Positions 10,125-20,261 of a DNA stretch of 64,000 nt are shown in pieces (the stretch's first letter is position 1; the number at the start of each line of letters is the position of its first letter). The notes beneath the pieces are model-generated. The model worked only from the letters and a program-made list of their open reading frames with translations. It was not told where the DNA came from and did no database searches. The stretch comes from Candidatus Nanoarchaeia archaeon. Lineage in GTDB: Archaea; Nanobdellota; Nanobdellia; Pacearchaeales; GW2011-AR1. The DNA lies in the NCBI GenBank assembly GCA_028718805.1, contig JAQUKY010000006.1, positions 1,927-65,926 of the forward strand. Reading direction: 5' to 3'. A program made the translations under genes and the position numbers.

Positions 10125-10835
10125 ATGAGTGAACAAGAATTGACAGAATTGAAAACAGAAGCTAAAAATCCAAAACATGTAGGAATAATTCTAGATGGAA
10201 ATAGAAGATTTGCAAAAAGACTTGTGATGGAACCTTGGAAAGGGCATGAATTAGGTGCAGGGAAAGTGGAAAAATTGATTGATTGGTGTAAGGAATTGGG
10301 AATAAGGGAGATAACTTTATATTGTTTTTCTTTAGAAAATTTTAACAGGCCTAAAAAAGAGTTTGATTTCCTGATGAAGATTTTTAAAAAAGAATTTTCA
10401 AGGCTAAAACAAGATAAAAGAGTCAGGGATAATAAGATAAAATTGAAGTTTATTGGAAAAACTGAGCTTTTTGACAAAGAGCTGCAAAAAATTATTAAAG
10501 AATTAGTTGAAATGACAAAAGATTATGATAATTACAAGGTTAATTTTGCATTTGCGTATGGTGGAAGGCAGGAAATTTTGGATGCTGTTAAAAAGTTAGT
10601 TGAAAATAGAGAAGAAATTAATGAAGATAATTTAAAAAAGAATTTATGGCTTGAGAGCGAGCCTGATTTAATCATAAGAACGGGTGGAGAGAAAAGAACA
10701 AGCAACTTTTTGCCATGGCAATCTACTTATTCTGAATGGATTTTCCTGGATAAAATGTGGCCTGAGTTTGAAAAACAGGATTTGGTTGACTGCGTTAATG
10801 AGTTTAGGGAAAGAGAAAGAAGATTTGGGGAATAA
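10125..10835 (+). CDS. uppS: cis-polyprenyl (undecaprenyl-type) diphosphate synthase
   Basis: HVGIILDGNRRFA, FSLENFNRP, PDLIIRTGGEKRTSNFLPWQ; probable ATG at 10125. Confidence 0.95.
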   Translation: MSEQELTELKTEAKNPKHVGIILDGNRRFAKRLVMEPWKGHELGAGKVEKLIDWCKELGIREITLYCFSLENFNRPKKEFDFLMKIFKKEFSRLKQDKRVRDNKIKLKFIGKTELFDKELQKIIKELVEMTKDYDNYKVNFAFAYGGRQEILDAVKKLVENREEINEDNLKKNLWLESEPDLIIRTGGEKRTSNFLPWQSTYSEWIFLDKMWPEFEKQDLVDCVNEFRERERRFGE

Positions 10836-10961
10836 AAAAGGTTTATTAATCAATTTTTCTTATAATAATTGATAACTTACAAACTACGACGCAAGGATTA
10901 CTCTTCTCAAGCGTTTATTAGTTATCGATAGCCCAGAGATAAATTAATAAAAAAGAGCAAA

Positions 10962-12158
10962 ATGAAAGAACCTGAATTTTACAGAAAAAAGTTAGATAAT
11001 GGAGTTACTGTTTTATTCGAAAGAAGGCAAGTTCCTGTTGTGGCTGTAGCTAGCAGTGTGAAATCTGGTGCTCAATACGAGTCTGCAGATATAAAAGGAA
11101 TTTCTCATTTTTTAGAGCATCTTGTTTTTAAGGGAACTAAAAAAAGGACAGTACAGGAAATCCCCAAGGAAATAGAAAGCAAGGGAGGGATTATTAATGC
11201 ATTTACAGGAGAAGAGATTACTACTTATTGGAATAAGCTGCCTAGTAAATATTTTGAGTTAGGAGCAGATATTTCCAGGGATTTGGTTTTAAATCCCATA
11301 TTTGAAAAAAATGCTTTGGAGAGGGAAAGAAAAGTTATCTTAGAAGAGATAAAAATGTATCATGATAATCCCAGCACACATGTCTTGGAAAAAGTAAAAG
11401 AGATGCTTTATAGAAAGCCATTTAATATTTCTATAGCAGGTACTGCTGGAACTGTTGGAAAATTGTCAAGAGAAAATATCATCCATTTATTTAATTCATT
11501 TTATTCTACAAACAATATGGTTTTCAGTGTTGTTGGAAAGTGCGAATGGGAGCAGGTTTTAGAAGAAGCTAAAAAATTTTCAAAAACTCAAAAGCAAATT
11601 AAAAAGATACCGATAATATTAAGAAATGGAAACATTGTTGAAAAAAGAAAAGGGATTGATCAGGCTCATTTGGTTTTTGGTTTTCATATACCTAAACTAA
11701 TTGATAAGAACAGGTATGCTGCTGAAATCTTTGATTCTGTATTAGGCGGGGGAATGAGTAGCAGGCTTTTTCAAGAAGTTAGAGAAAAAAAAGGGTTATG
11801 TTACGCAATTAAAAGTGATATGGAACAATCTAAGGATTATGCCTATGAGATAATCTATTCTGGTACTGTTAAGGAGAAAATTGATGAAATCAAAAAAATA
11901 ATACTAAAAGAAATAAAAAAATTAGGGAAATTTGAAAAAGTGGATTTAAATGAAGAAAAAGAAAAATTGATTGGATTAAATCAGATAAATAAGGAAAAAT
12001 GCGATTTAACAATGATAGACTTGCTTCAAGAAGAAATCGGGGGAGATGCAAGAAATTATTATAAATATGAAGATAATATTAATTCAATTAAGCTAGAAGA
12101 AGTAAGAAAATTAAGTAAATTAAAGGGTTATAGCTTTGTTTCTTTAATTCCTGAGTAA
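10962..12158 (+). CDS. M16 family zinc peptidase (insulinase-like)
   Basis: Inverted zinc motif HFLEH, downstream EEI glutamate, GMSSRLFQEVRE. Confidence 0.9.
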   Translation: MKEPEFYRKKLDNGVTVLFERRQVPVVAVASSVKSGAQYESADIKGISHFLEHLVFKGTKKRTVQEIPKEIESKGGIINAFTGEEITTYWNKLPSKYFELGADISRDLVLNPIFEKNALERERKVILEEIKMYHDNPSTHVLEKVKEMLYRKPFNISIAGTAGTVGKLSRENIIHLFNSFYSTNNMVFSVVGKCEWEQVLEEAKKFSKTQKQIKKIPIILRNGNIVEKRKGIDQAHLVFGFHIPKLIDKNRYAAEIFDSVLGGGMSSRLFQEVREKKGLCYAIKSDMEQSKDYAYEIIYSGTVKEKIDEIKKIILKEIKKLGKFEKVDLNEEKEKLIGLNQINKEKCDLTMIDLLQEEIGGDARNYYKYEDNINSIKLEEVRKLSKLKGYSFVSLIPE

Positions 12159-12313
12159 GATTACGCAATCTCTTCAATTTTATATTCTCTTTTCTCAGTT
12201 TGGTGGATAGTTTAAGCTTTGTTTGAGTAGCTTAAAATTATAAGTATTACTAAGGAGATTCTTTTGAAGATATGAATATTATTAATTAAAAAATAAAAAA
12301 ATTAAAACAAGAC

Positions 12314-12475
12314 TTATTTTTTAAAATTTCTTATTAACTTTGCAATTCCAATAATCAAAACACCTATTGCAATTAACCAGCCATTATAGTCAGTTATCAC
12401 ACTCAAAATTGCAAGTTCCTTAAGTATCAATAATATACCTATTATTGTTACTACAATTGCAGTTATTTTTGCCAT
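12314..12475 (-). CDS. Small two-TM membrane protein (53 aa), not in ORF track
   Basis: MAKITAIVVTIIGILLILKELAILSVITDYNGWLIAIGVLIIGIAKLIRNFKK with an AGGAGGT ribosome-binding site just upstream. Confidence 0.7.
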   Translation of the reverse strand: MAKITAIVVTIIGILLILKELAILSVITDYNGWLIAIGVLIIGIAKLIRNFKK

Positions 12476-12541
12476 TTTTAACCTCCTTTTCTTATTTCAT
12501 CAAGGAAAAACTTATTTAAATAGGTTTTCTTTTTGTTTCTT

Positions 12542-13333
12542 ATGCAAATCATAAGAGTAAGACTAATTGATGGATTGGGAAAAACAAAAGGATGCGAAAA
12601 AGCTCCTTTAAGTATTTTAGAGGCATTTAAGCATATAGGAAGCAGCGAAGGCGGAAGATTAATAGAGTTTGATAAGCTTAACTTAGAGGAAATTCATGTT
12701 AATTTAGATAACATTAAAGAGGCTAATCATTTGATTTTTGAAAATAGCAAGGAAGCATTTGAAAAAAATAATAAAACCTTTTTTATTGGGGGGGATCATT
12801 CTATAAGCTATTCAATTGGGGAAGCTTTTACTAAAGTTGAGGTAAATCCTCTTCTTATTGTATTTGATGCACATGCTGATTGTATGAAGACTAATGATGA
12901 ACCGAATCATGAGGAATGGCTAAGAAGGTTAGTTGAGGAGGGATTTCCTGGTAGTAAAGTAATTTTAATATCTGCAAGAAATTTATGGGACGAGGAAATT
13001 GAATTTATCAGGGAAAATAATATTTTATGGATTAAGATGGATGTTCTACAGGAAGAGTTGACAGAGATATGCGATATGATTATGGAAAGAGTAAGGCAGG
13101 CTTCTGGGTTTTATGTCAGTATTGATATTGATTGTGTTGATCCCAGCCATGCTCCTGGAACAGGAGTTTTAGAATCTGGGGGATTATCAAGCAGGGATTT
13201 GATTTATTTTTTAAAGAGATTAAAATTATTGAATAATTTTAAAGGAGCAGATATTGTTGAAATAAATCCTGATAAGGATGTTAATGGAATGACTGTTAAG
13301 TTGGGAGCTAAATTGCTTGCTGAAATGATTTGA
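12542..13333 (+). CDS. Arginase/agmatinase (ureohydrolase) family protein
   Basis: GGDHS, DAHAD and SIDIDCVDP metal-binding motifs. Confidence 0.9.
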   Translation: MQIIRVRLIDGLGKTKGCEKAPLSILEAFKHIGSSEGGRLIEFDKLNLEEIHVNLDNIKEANHLIFENSKEAFEKNNKTFFIGGDHSISYSIGEAFTKVEVNPLLIVFDAHADCMKTNDEPNHEEWLRRLVEEGFPGSKVILISARNLWDEEIEFIRENNILWIKMDVLQEELTEICDMIMERVRQASGFYVSIDIDCVDPSHAPGTGVLESGGLSSRDLIYFLKRLKLLNNFKGADIVEINPDKDVNGMTVKLGAKLLAEMI

Positions 13334-13448
13334 GAGATAAACTGGTGATAACAAAAAACGAATTAAGATGGGATTGAGTAGCTTAATCTTTTGAATTAAA
13401 GCTTAACTAGATCCGTAGATTATAGATGAAAATTATGAAAAAATAAAA

Positions 13449-13856
13449 ATGGAAGAAGAATATGAAGGGATAATGGGCAGGAAGAGCAAATTTTATTCTA
13501 CATTCTTTTTTATAATAGGTTTAATCGGAGCAGTTGGGTTTAGAATTGTTTTAATTGTAAACAAATGGAGTACCTTATCAGCAAGTTTAATATGGTATAT
13601 CGCGGTTACCTCTTATATCCTCTTTTATCTTTATAGATATTATATTGAACAAAAAAGAAGGCAAATTTTAGTATCTGGTAGATTGAAATATAAATTAGAT
13701 AATGGAATTGAATTAAATGAACAGGACAGAAAAAATATTAAGCTGATTATAGATTCTCTAATGGTTTCTAAACAAAATTTGAACTTAATTATATTGGTTA
13801 TTGTGTCAATTGTATCCTTAATAATCCAGATAGTATTGGATTTTATAATTAGGTAA
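13449..13856 (+). CDS. Hypothetical membrane protein (3 TM)
   Basis: Three hydrophobic segments; coupled to the next gene. Confidence 0.6.
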   Translation: MEEEYEGIMGRKSKFYSTFFFIIGLIGAVGFRIVLIVNKWSTLSASLIWYIAVTSYILFYLYRYYIEQKRRQILVSGRLKYKLDNGIELNEQDRKNIKLIIDSLMVSKQNLNLIILVIVSIVSLIIQIVLDFIIR

Positions 13857-13858
13857 AA

Positions 13859-14425
13859 ATGGAAGAAAAAATGGGAGCTAGATGTTTTATTGCAATTGAT
13901 TTGTCTAGAGAAGCAATCAATTCAATTAAAGAAATTCAAAAATTATTGAAAAAACAGAGTTTATTTAATGGAAAATTCACAGAGCCTGAAAATTTGCATT
14001 TAACTTTAAAGTTTTTAGGAGAAATTAGCGACGATAAAATTAAAGAAGTCAAAAAAAAGCTGCAAGAGGTTAGTTTTGAAGAATTTGAAGCTGGATTAGG
14101 AGAAGTTGGTGTTTTTTCTAAGAAGTTTATTAAAATTATCTGGATTAAGCTGAAAGGAAATGGAATTTTTGAGTTGCAGAAACAAATAGATGAGAAATTG
14201 ATGGATTTATTTCCTGTTGAAGATAGGTTTATGAGCCATATCACAATTTCAAGGGTAAAAACTGTTGGAGACAAAAAAGCATTGTTAGACTATGTCAGTA
14301 AAGTTAAGACCGAGAATATTAAGCTTAAAGTTGATAAGTTTTTTCTAAAGAAATCTGAGTTAAAGCCTGAGGGACCGGTTTATGAAGATTTAGGGGCATA
14401 TCTTATAAAGAGAAAATATAGTTAA
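13859..14425 (+). CDS. thpR: RNA 2',3'-cyclic phosphodiesterase (2H family)
   Basis: RCFIAIDL, two H-x-T motifs (HLTL, HITI), GPVYE. Confidence 0.9.
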   Translation: MEEKMGARCFIAIDLSREAINSIKEIQKLLKKQSLFNGKFTEPENLHLTLKFLGEISDDKIKEVKKKLQEVSFEEFEAGLGEVGVFSKKFIKIIWIKLKGNGIFELQKQIDEKLMDLFPVEDRFMSHITISRVKTVGDKKALLDYVSKVKTENIKLKVDKFFLKKSELKPEGPVYEDLGAYLIKRKYS

Positions 14426-14519
14426 GAAAGCAAATCTGGTTTTAAATATCTATTGTTTTTGATTGATTATATTTTATTATCATCTTGCTTTTAAAGTTAA
14501 GATAATAAATTATATTTTA

Positions 14520-14762
14520 ATGAAGAAAACATTAAACAGGAAATTAACTAGAGAAAAGGCTAAAAGTTTTCTTGAAAGTCTTGCTGGAAATTACAGAACT
14601 TTCTCAGGATTTGAGGATTTTGCACGACAATATAAAGGAGAGCATAAGTCTTATTTAACTAGGGTTGTTGGTTATTTAAGAAAAGCAAACCAGGGTTCGA
14701 ATAGAATCTACGGGTTGGGTGATTCAGAGATAGAGCAAATCTTAGATGCAACTTTCCTATAG
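14520..14762 (+). CDS. Hypothetical protein
   Basis: ORF with probable ATG at 14520; no recognisable motif. Confidence 0.45.
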   Translation: MKKTLNRKLTREKAKSFLESLAGNYRTFSGFEDFARQYKGEHKSYLTRVVGYLRKANQGSNRIYGLGDSEIEQILDATFL

Positions 14763-14767
14763 TAATC

Positions 14768-15070
14768 ATGGAAGATTCATTGAAAAAACTTCTTGAAGAG
14801 CTTGTTGGTGGTGATGTTAAAACCTTAAAAGCTAATAATCTAGGAATTAAAAGAATTGTTCTTTTTAGTTCCGGGAATATTACAGATTCTATGAGAGAAG
14901 CTTTAAATTACACTGAAAATTGTTTTTTAAGCACCCAGTTTAAAATAGGCCATGGAGAGATTAAAGTAGAGATTATTCCTTGGTATAATTGTGGCAGATA
15001 TTTTCAAGAAGGAGATTATAGGATTGATGTAGGAGCTTATTTAAAATCTAATTTTCTAAAATCCTCTTGA
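14768..15070 (+). CDS. Hypothetical protein
   Basis: ORF coupled to the previous one. Confidence 0.45.
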   Translation: MEDSLKKLLEELVGGDVKTLKANNLGIKRIVLFSSGNITDSMREALNYTENCFLSTQFKIGHGEIKVEIIPWYNCGRYFQEGDYRIDVGAYLKSNFLKSS

Positions 15071-15707
15071 AATCTTTTGTTCTATTTTTTAGTATCTTTT
15101 CTAAGTCTTCTTCTTTTGCGTTTATTGTATTGCTGAGAGTTTTAAATTCTTTTAAAAGCTTTTTAGCTGTTGCAGGTCCTATTCCTGGAAAGGCCTCTAA
15201 AATATACTGTTTTTGTTCTGAAATTGTCTTTGGTATTCTTGAATGAAGGGAAATTTCTGCTGGTTTTTTTAACTGCTGTTTAGCAAATGTAATTAAATAT
15301 TTAGAAGTGTCTTCATAATCTTGAGTGAATATTATTGGGATTTGATAATTGGTTATTATTGAAAGAATAAATCCCCGAATTGCATTTTGATTGAAATCAA
15401 CATCATTTAAATCGCCTTCGAGAATAAGCAGCTGATTTTTATACTGCCTCATTTGTTTTAATTGTTCAATAATTCTTCTGCTTATCATAGATGAAACAAA
15501 ATCCTGAATAGTTTTTCTTTCAATTATTGTATTGCCTATAAGATAATCTCCTATTTTTAATGGCCGAATAATAAGTTCTATTTCTTTATTTTCTGAAAGT
15601 TCAGCAAGAATCATAGAATCTTTTTCATGAATATCTGCGATTATTTTTGATCTAATATGGGGCTTTTCTTCTATTTTGCTTTTTTTGAAAATGTTGTGGA
15701 ATGGCAT
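15048..15707 (-). CDS. ERCC4/XPF nuclease with HhH domain (nuclease half of Hef)
   Basis: GDY...IERKT.QDF nuclease motif; FPGIGPATAKKLL HhH. Confidence 0.9.
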   Translation of the reverse strand: MPFHNIFKKSKIEEKPHIRSKIIADIHEKDSMILAELSENKEIELIIRPLKIGDYLIGNTIIERKTIQDFVSSMISRRIIEQLKQMRQYKNQLLILEGDLNDVDFNQNAIRGFILSIITNYQIPIIFTQDYEDTSKYLITFAKQQLKKPAEISLHSRIPKTISEQKQYILEAFPGIGPATAKKLLKEFKTLSNTINAKEEDLEKILKNRTKDFKRILEN

Positions 15708-15766
15708 TTTATTTTTTGTTTAATTCCTTTAAAAAAGATTTGTTTATTCCTACTTTCATACAATTT

Positions 15767-17350
15767 TTAAAATAACCTCTCCTGTTTTTCTTTTTTATCA
15801 TTTAAATTTAGTGTTCCGTTATCTAAATCATCTTTGATTGAGCTTATCGCCTTGTACATTCTTTTTTCTTTTGCAATTGCTGCATAATAAAATATTTCAT
15901 CTAAGGTGTCTTTTGTTATTAGGATTGTCAGTTTTCCTTTCATTAATCTTGCGGTTCTTCCTGCTCTCTGGATTTTTCTTATTGCAGAGGGAATTGGCTC
16001 ATAGAAAATTACAGAATTTACTTCTGGTATGTCTAATCCTTCTTCTCCAATTGAGGTGGATATAATTATATTTATTTTTCCTTGTTTGAATTCTTCTATA
16101 ATCTCATGTTGTTCTTTTTGATTTAACCCACTCACAACTCCTTTATCACTTGTTTTTTTAGCCTGCCCGACAAAAACTTTTGCGTTAATATTTGGAATTG
16201 AATTAAGTTCTTTGCAGATTCTTGTTCCAGTTTCCCTATATTGAGAAAAAACGATAATTTTTGTTTTTGGATTTTCTTTTATTGCTTCTTCTACAATTGA
16301 TTTTAATTCCAAGAGCTTAGGATGTTCTATGTTTTTTGCAAGCAATTCATTTATTTTTATATAAGCCTGGTTGAATTCAGGATTTTTTGCTATTTGTTTT
16401 GCTGCTTTTGATTTATTCTGAGCAGATTGCTGGAAAATTGATTTGATATATTCTAAAGAAGTATGAAGGGTTTGGGTTTGTATTAATTCTATTAAATGAG
16501 ATAGTTTTATTGCCTGGGCGCATGCAGACGCTCCTGACAGATAATTAAAATTCCTGTTTCCTGAAAGAATTGATTTCATAATCCTCCCCTGGGTTTCTAA
16601 AAGAGTTATTTTGTTTGCAGGCCTGAAAATAAGTTTTCTGTTTTTTAATTCCTCAACCTTTTTTTCATACAGCTTTTTTATTATTGCAGTTATTTCTTTA
16701 AATTCAGGGGGAAATTCAAGTTTGATTACATTGAATTCTAATTTTTGAAGATATTCTTTAACATCTTCGCTTTCTCTTGTCCTTAATTCAATTGTTTCAA
16801 TCCCTAAATTATTTGCAATTTTTTTAATTGTTTCTTTGTCTGAACCTGGGCTTGCTGTTAATCCCAAAATCCTTGGATTTTTTGATTGTTCTTTGTATTT
16901 TTGTGCAACATAAGTGTAAGAATAGTTTTTCAGGCAGCGATGGCATTCATCTTCAATTAGTAAGCTTACTTCATTTAAGTCATAAAGTTCATTTTTTATA
17001 TCATTTCCAATGCACTGAGGTGTTGAGAAAATTATATCTGCCTTTTCCCATAATTTTCTCCTATTTTGGGCATTTACTTTTCCTGTAAATAACTCCATAT
17101 GGGCAAATAGTTCAGGAAGATGCTTTTTAAAATAGGCAAGATGCTGTTCTGCTAAAGGGCGGGTTGGTGCAAGAAAAAGAGTTTTTGTTCCAGGATGTTT
17201 TTTTTGAGTATGGATTGAAAGCATTAATGCAATCAAGGTTTTTCCAATTCCTGTTGGAAGAACAACAAGACAGTTTTTATCCTTGCAATTTTCGTAAATA
17301 TCACTTTGATATTTTCTTGGCTTTATTGTTTTAAGAACTTTGTCTGACAT
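15767..17350 (-). CDS. hef: Hef/FANCM-type SF2 helicase (helicase half)
   Basis: LPTGIGKT, DECH, TASPG, STSIGEEGLDIP, QRAGRTAR. Confidence 0.9.
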   Translation of the reverse strand: MSDKVLKTIKPRKYQSDIYENCKDKNCLVVLPTGIGKTLIALMLSIHTQKKHPGTKTLFLAPTRPLAEQHLAYFKKHLPELFAHMELFTGKVNAQNRRKLWEKADIIFSTPQCIGNDIKNELYDLNEVSLLIEDECHRCLKNYSYTYVAQKYKEQSKNPRILGLTASPGSDKETIKKIANNLGIETIELRTRESEDVKEYLQKLEFNVIKLEFPPEFKEITAIIKKLYEKKVEELKNRKLIFRPANKITLLETQGRIMKSILSGNRNFNYLSGASACAQAIKLSHLIELIQTQTLHTSLEYIKSIFQQSAQNKSKAAKQIAKNPEFNQAYIKINELLAKNIEHPKLLELKSIVEEAIKENPKTKIIVFSQYRETGTRICKELNSIPNINAKVFVGQAKKTSDKGVVSGLNQKEQHEIIEEFKQGKINIIISTSIGEEGLDIPEVNSVIFYEPIPSAIRKIQRAGRTARLMKGKLTILITKDTLDEIFYYAAIAKEKRMYKAISSIKDDLDNGTLNLNDKKEKQERLF

Positions 17351-17387
17351 TTTCTATGGAAGAATAAAGGGTTATTAAAATTTAGCT

Positions 17388-18935
17388 TTATTTTGCAAGC
17401 TCAAAAACAATATCAGGTCCTGACATCCCAACCATTTCTATTGTACCATCACCACCATTATCTTCTAAGTTTTTTCCTGAGCTGTAAACCTTGAACCCTT
17501 CCCCTCTTTTTTGGTATAAGTACGCCTTTCCAGTAAAGGGATCTGTTGGTAAATTCGCAATATTTTGGGGGACAAGCTGCTCGAGTGAATCTGCATATTT
17601 CCCATTTTCTTTTTTGTAGAGCCTATTTGATATTGCAATTTCTGCAGCTCCTAAAACAGCATCCAAAACCGCTTCCTTTTCATAAGTATTATAATATACT
17701 TCAATTATCATTGGGCTAAGATAAATTCCTTTGCTGGTTAATTGCTTATTGTTGTCAGGGAATGATTTGTTAGTTTCATCTAACATTGATTTTATTTTGT
17801 TTCCAGATTCAAAAAATTGCTTTTCTGCTAATGGAACTATTTGGAACATAGAGTCAGCATATAAAGTAAAGTCAATTTTCCATTGATTAAGGCCAAACTT
17901 TAGAGGGTCTGTTCCAAAAAACTTTTTTGCTTCCTTTTTTTCCTTATCACCTGCTTTAAAGTACTCTTCGGGAAAGTTTGTTCTTGACAGGAAAAAAGGT
18001 AAACCTATTGAAACTATCTCTCCTTTTATTGCATAAGCAGAGATATTTTTTTGTCTAATATTTTTTAGTTCATCAAGTATTGCCTGATATGTTCCAATAT
18101 CATTAGGATCTTGCTTTTCCATAAGCTCCTTTATTATTGGTACAGTTTGTAAAACCGCAGAGTTGATTGGAATTTGATATCTTAATAACGGTTCATTTGA
18201 TAATGATTTGGCAAATTTTATTGAGGTGAGGCAAGTGTCATATGATTCTTTAATCTTATTATTTTTCAGTTCAACTTGTGCCCTGCTTATTAGAAAACTA
18301 CTTGCTTCCATTAGCTGATTTAACTGATCTATAAAAAGAGAGTTTGGGCTTGAGCCCAGTTGAGCATATTCTTCATCAGACAAAAATCTGCAATTCATAC
18401 CAGATGCTTTTTTTAGAGTTTCGTATAATTTATCTGAGTTTGGGTCAGAAAAAAGTTTTTTCAATCCTTTTTTTGTTGTTTCTGGAATATTTTCCCATGT
18501 ACGAAATTTGCAGACATTTTCTCCGCAAAATTTACGGATAGGAGGGATACACTCCCATTCTTTTGGATATTCTTGTTGTGATATTTCTAATTGCTGGAAA
18601 GCTTTTTTATAAACAAGCACTCCATTTTCAGTATCTGGAATTTTTATAAGCAATTGTTCTAATGAAGTTGGTATCCCTGCATCTTTTAGCTCTTGAACTT
18701 TTTTTTCATATATTAACTGCATTTCTTGTTTTGTTTTGCATACAGAAATAATTTCTTTTATTAATTCGTTAGGGTCTTGTGTTAGTTCATCAACAATATT
18801 TGATGAAATTGTTGCAGTTGTAACTTCATTCTCTAATGTTTTTTCTTCTCCTTTAATTGGATTAGCAATATAAAGAATTCCTGCTAGCGCTCCAACACCC
18901 AGGACATTCCTTATGCATTTCCAGAGTTTTCTCAT
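17388..18935 (-). CDS. Hypothetical exported protein with pseudopilin-like C-terminal motif
   Basis: N-terminal hydrophobic segment; C-terminal YADSLEQLVP..LPTDPFTGKAYLY..GFKVYSSG.N..DNGG. Confidence 0.6.
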   Translation of the reverse strand: MRKLWKCIRNVLGVGALAGILYIANPIKGEEKTLENEVTTATISSNIVDELTQDPNELIKEIISVCKTKQEMQLIYEKKVQELKDAGIPTSLEQLLIKIPDTENGVLVYKKAFQQLEISQQEYPKEWECIPPIRKFCGENVCKFRTWENIPETTKKGLKKLFSDPNSDKLYETLKKASGMNCRFLSDEEYAQLGSSPNSLFIDQLNQLMEASSFLISRAQVELKNNKIKESYDTCLTSIKFAKSLSNEPLLRYQIPINSAVLQTVPIIKELMEKQDPNDIGTYQAILDELKNIRQKNISAYAIKGEIVSIGLPFFLSRTNFPEEYFKAGDKEKKEAKKFFGTDPLKFGLNQWKIDFTLYADSMFQIVPLAEKQFFESGNKIKSMLDETNKSFPDNNKQLTSKGIYLSPMIIEVYYNTYEKEAVLDAVLGAAEIAISNRLYKKENGKYADSLEQLVPQNIANLPTDPFTGKAYLYQKRGEGFKVYSSGKNLEDNGGDGTIEMVGMSGPDIVFELAK

Positions 18936-19011
18936 GTTAAGCTGAAAAGGTTTAGGATATAAAAGTATTTCTGCATTTAATTATGTTTATTAAACATAGC
19001 AAAAATAGAGA

Positions 19012-19635
19012 TTATATTAATACAATCACCAAAGAGATAATATAAACAATCACCAATAATATCCAGTTAGTTAAACTTCCAAAGAAGATTTTTGTTCCGT
19101 CAAGATTGCCAAAAGGGATAAGATTCCAGATTCCATAATAAATTGCATATCTTGATATTTCTGGTTGCTTTAAGAAAGAACAGAGTATTGCTAATGCAAT
19201 TAATGCCCAAAATCCCCAGGCAGCAGTAAATGCTAAATCAGATTCATTAATTTCAGAGTATCTATATGTTCCTCTTTTCCTTAATACTCTTTTCTTAGTA
19301 AAATTTTCTGCATCAAATTGAAGTAGGGTTAGTGGTTTTATTATTGCTAATGATAGTACTGAAAGGAAAAAAGGCAGGATTATTCCTAAGGGGATTGGTT
19401 TTTTAAACTGGCTTCTTTCGTACCACCCCCATCTTTTCCAACCCCATGATTTATGTTCTATTTTTAAACTGTAAAAGGGAGCAGCTATTTTTTTAGCGAT
19501 TACAGAAACAAGGATTATTATAGAAGCCCAAAGAAGACCTATTAAAGAGGGTTCTAATTTGGAGGATAATCCTATTACAAATCCTCCTATTAATATTGCG
19601 ATTATTATCCAAATTACCTCTTTTCCTGAAAACAT
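19012..19635 (-). CDS. Site-2-protease (M50)-like membrane protein lacking HExxH
   Basis: Multiple TM segments and NLIPFGNLDG motif; no HExxH anywhere in the protein. Confidence 0.65.
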   Translation of the reverse strand: MFSGKEVIWIIIAILIGGFVIGLSSKLEPSLIGLLWASIIILVSVIAKKIAAPFYSLKIEHKSWGWKRWGWYERSQFKKPIPLGIILPFFLSVLSLAIIKPLTLLQFDAENFTKKRVLRKRGTYRYSEINESDLAFTAAWGFWALIALAILCSFLKQPEISRYAIYYGIWNLIPFGNLDGTKIFFGSLTNWILLVIVYIISLVIVLI

Positions 19636-19837
19636 AATTTAATTAGCTTTTTAGAAGTTATAAATTTATCTTTTATACTTCAGTAATTTGATAAACCATT
19701 TTAAAATATGATTTAGAAGATTAAGATTTTTGGGTTTTGGGTGATTATTATCCTAATATTATCCCTTGTACCTATACTTTTCTGTATATAATTCACACTA
19801 TAGAAAAGTATTTAAATGAAATCTATTTTTCTTAGGC

Positions 19838-20155
19838 ATGTTAAAGATAAAAAAGATAAGTGAAACAATTGGAAGGAAGGTTTATACTGATACTGGCGAT
19901 TACTTCGGAGAGGTAGAAGAAGCTAATCTGATTGAGAATAAAGTTGATTCTTGGAGGATAAGAATTGCTAGTTCAATGGGCAGTTTTTTGGGTGGCGCAA
20001 GAGGAGTCATAATCCCCCACCAGTTTGTGAAAGCTGTCGGCGATGTTATAGTCGTTAGCAGGGCGAGTTTACCTTTAGAAGAGGGTGAAGAGACAGTTGA
20101 GGAAACAGTTGATTTATCTGATAAAGGCAGGGATGCTGAAGTTACTGTATTGTAA
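19838..20155 (+). CDS. PRC-barrel domain protein
   Basis: IGRKVYTDTGDYFGEVEE...IIPHQFVKAVGDVIVV; acidic tail. Confidence 0.8.
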   Translation: MLKIKKISETIGRKVYTDTGDYFGEVEEANLIENKVDSWRIRIASSMGSFLGGARGVIIPHQFVKAVGDVIVVSRASLPLEEGEETVEETVDLSDKGRDAEVTVL

Positions 20156-20261
20156 TTTAAGTAAAAAAGATGGGATTTGACAGCTTAAAATTGACTTACT
20201 CATCTGCAAAAAGTTTAAAAGTTAAGGATTATTAATAAAAATAAGTTGAAATAAAAAGAGT

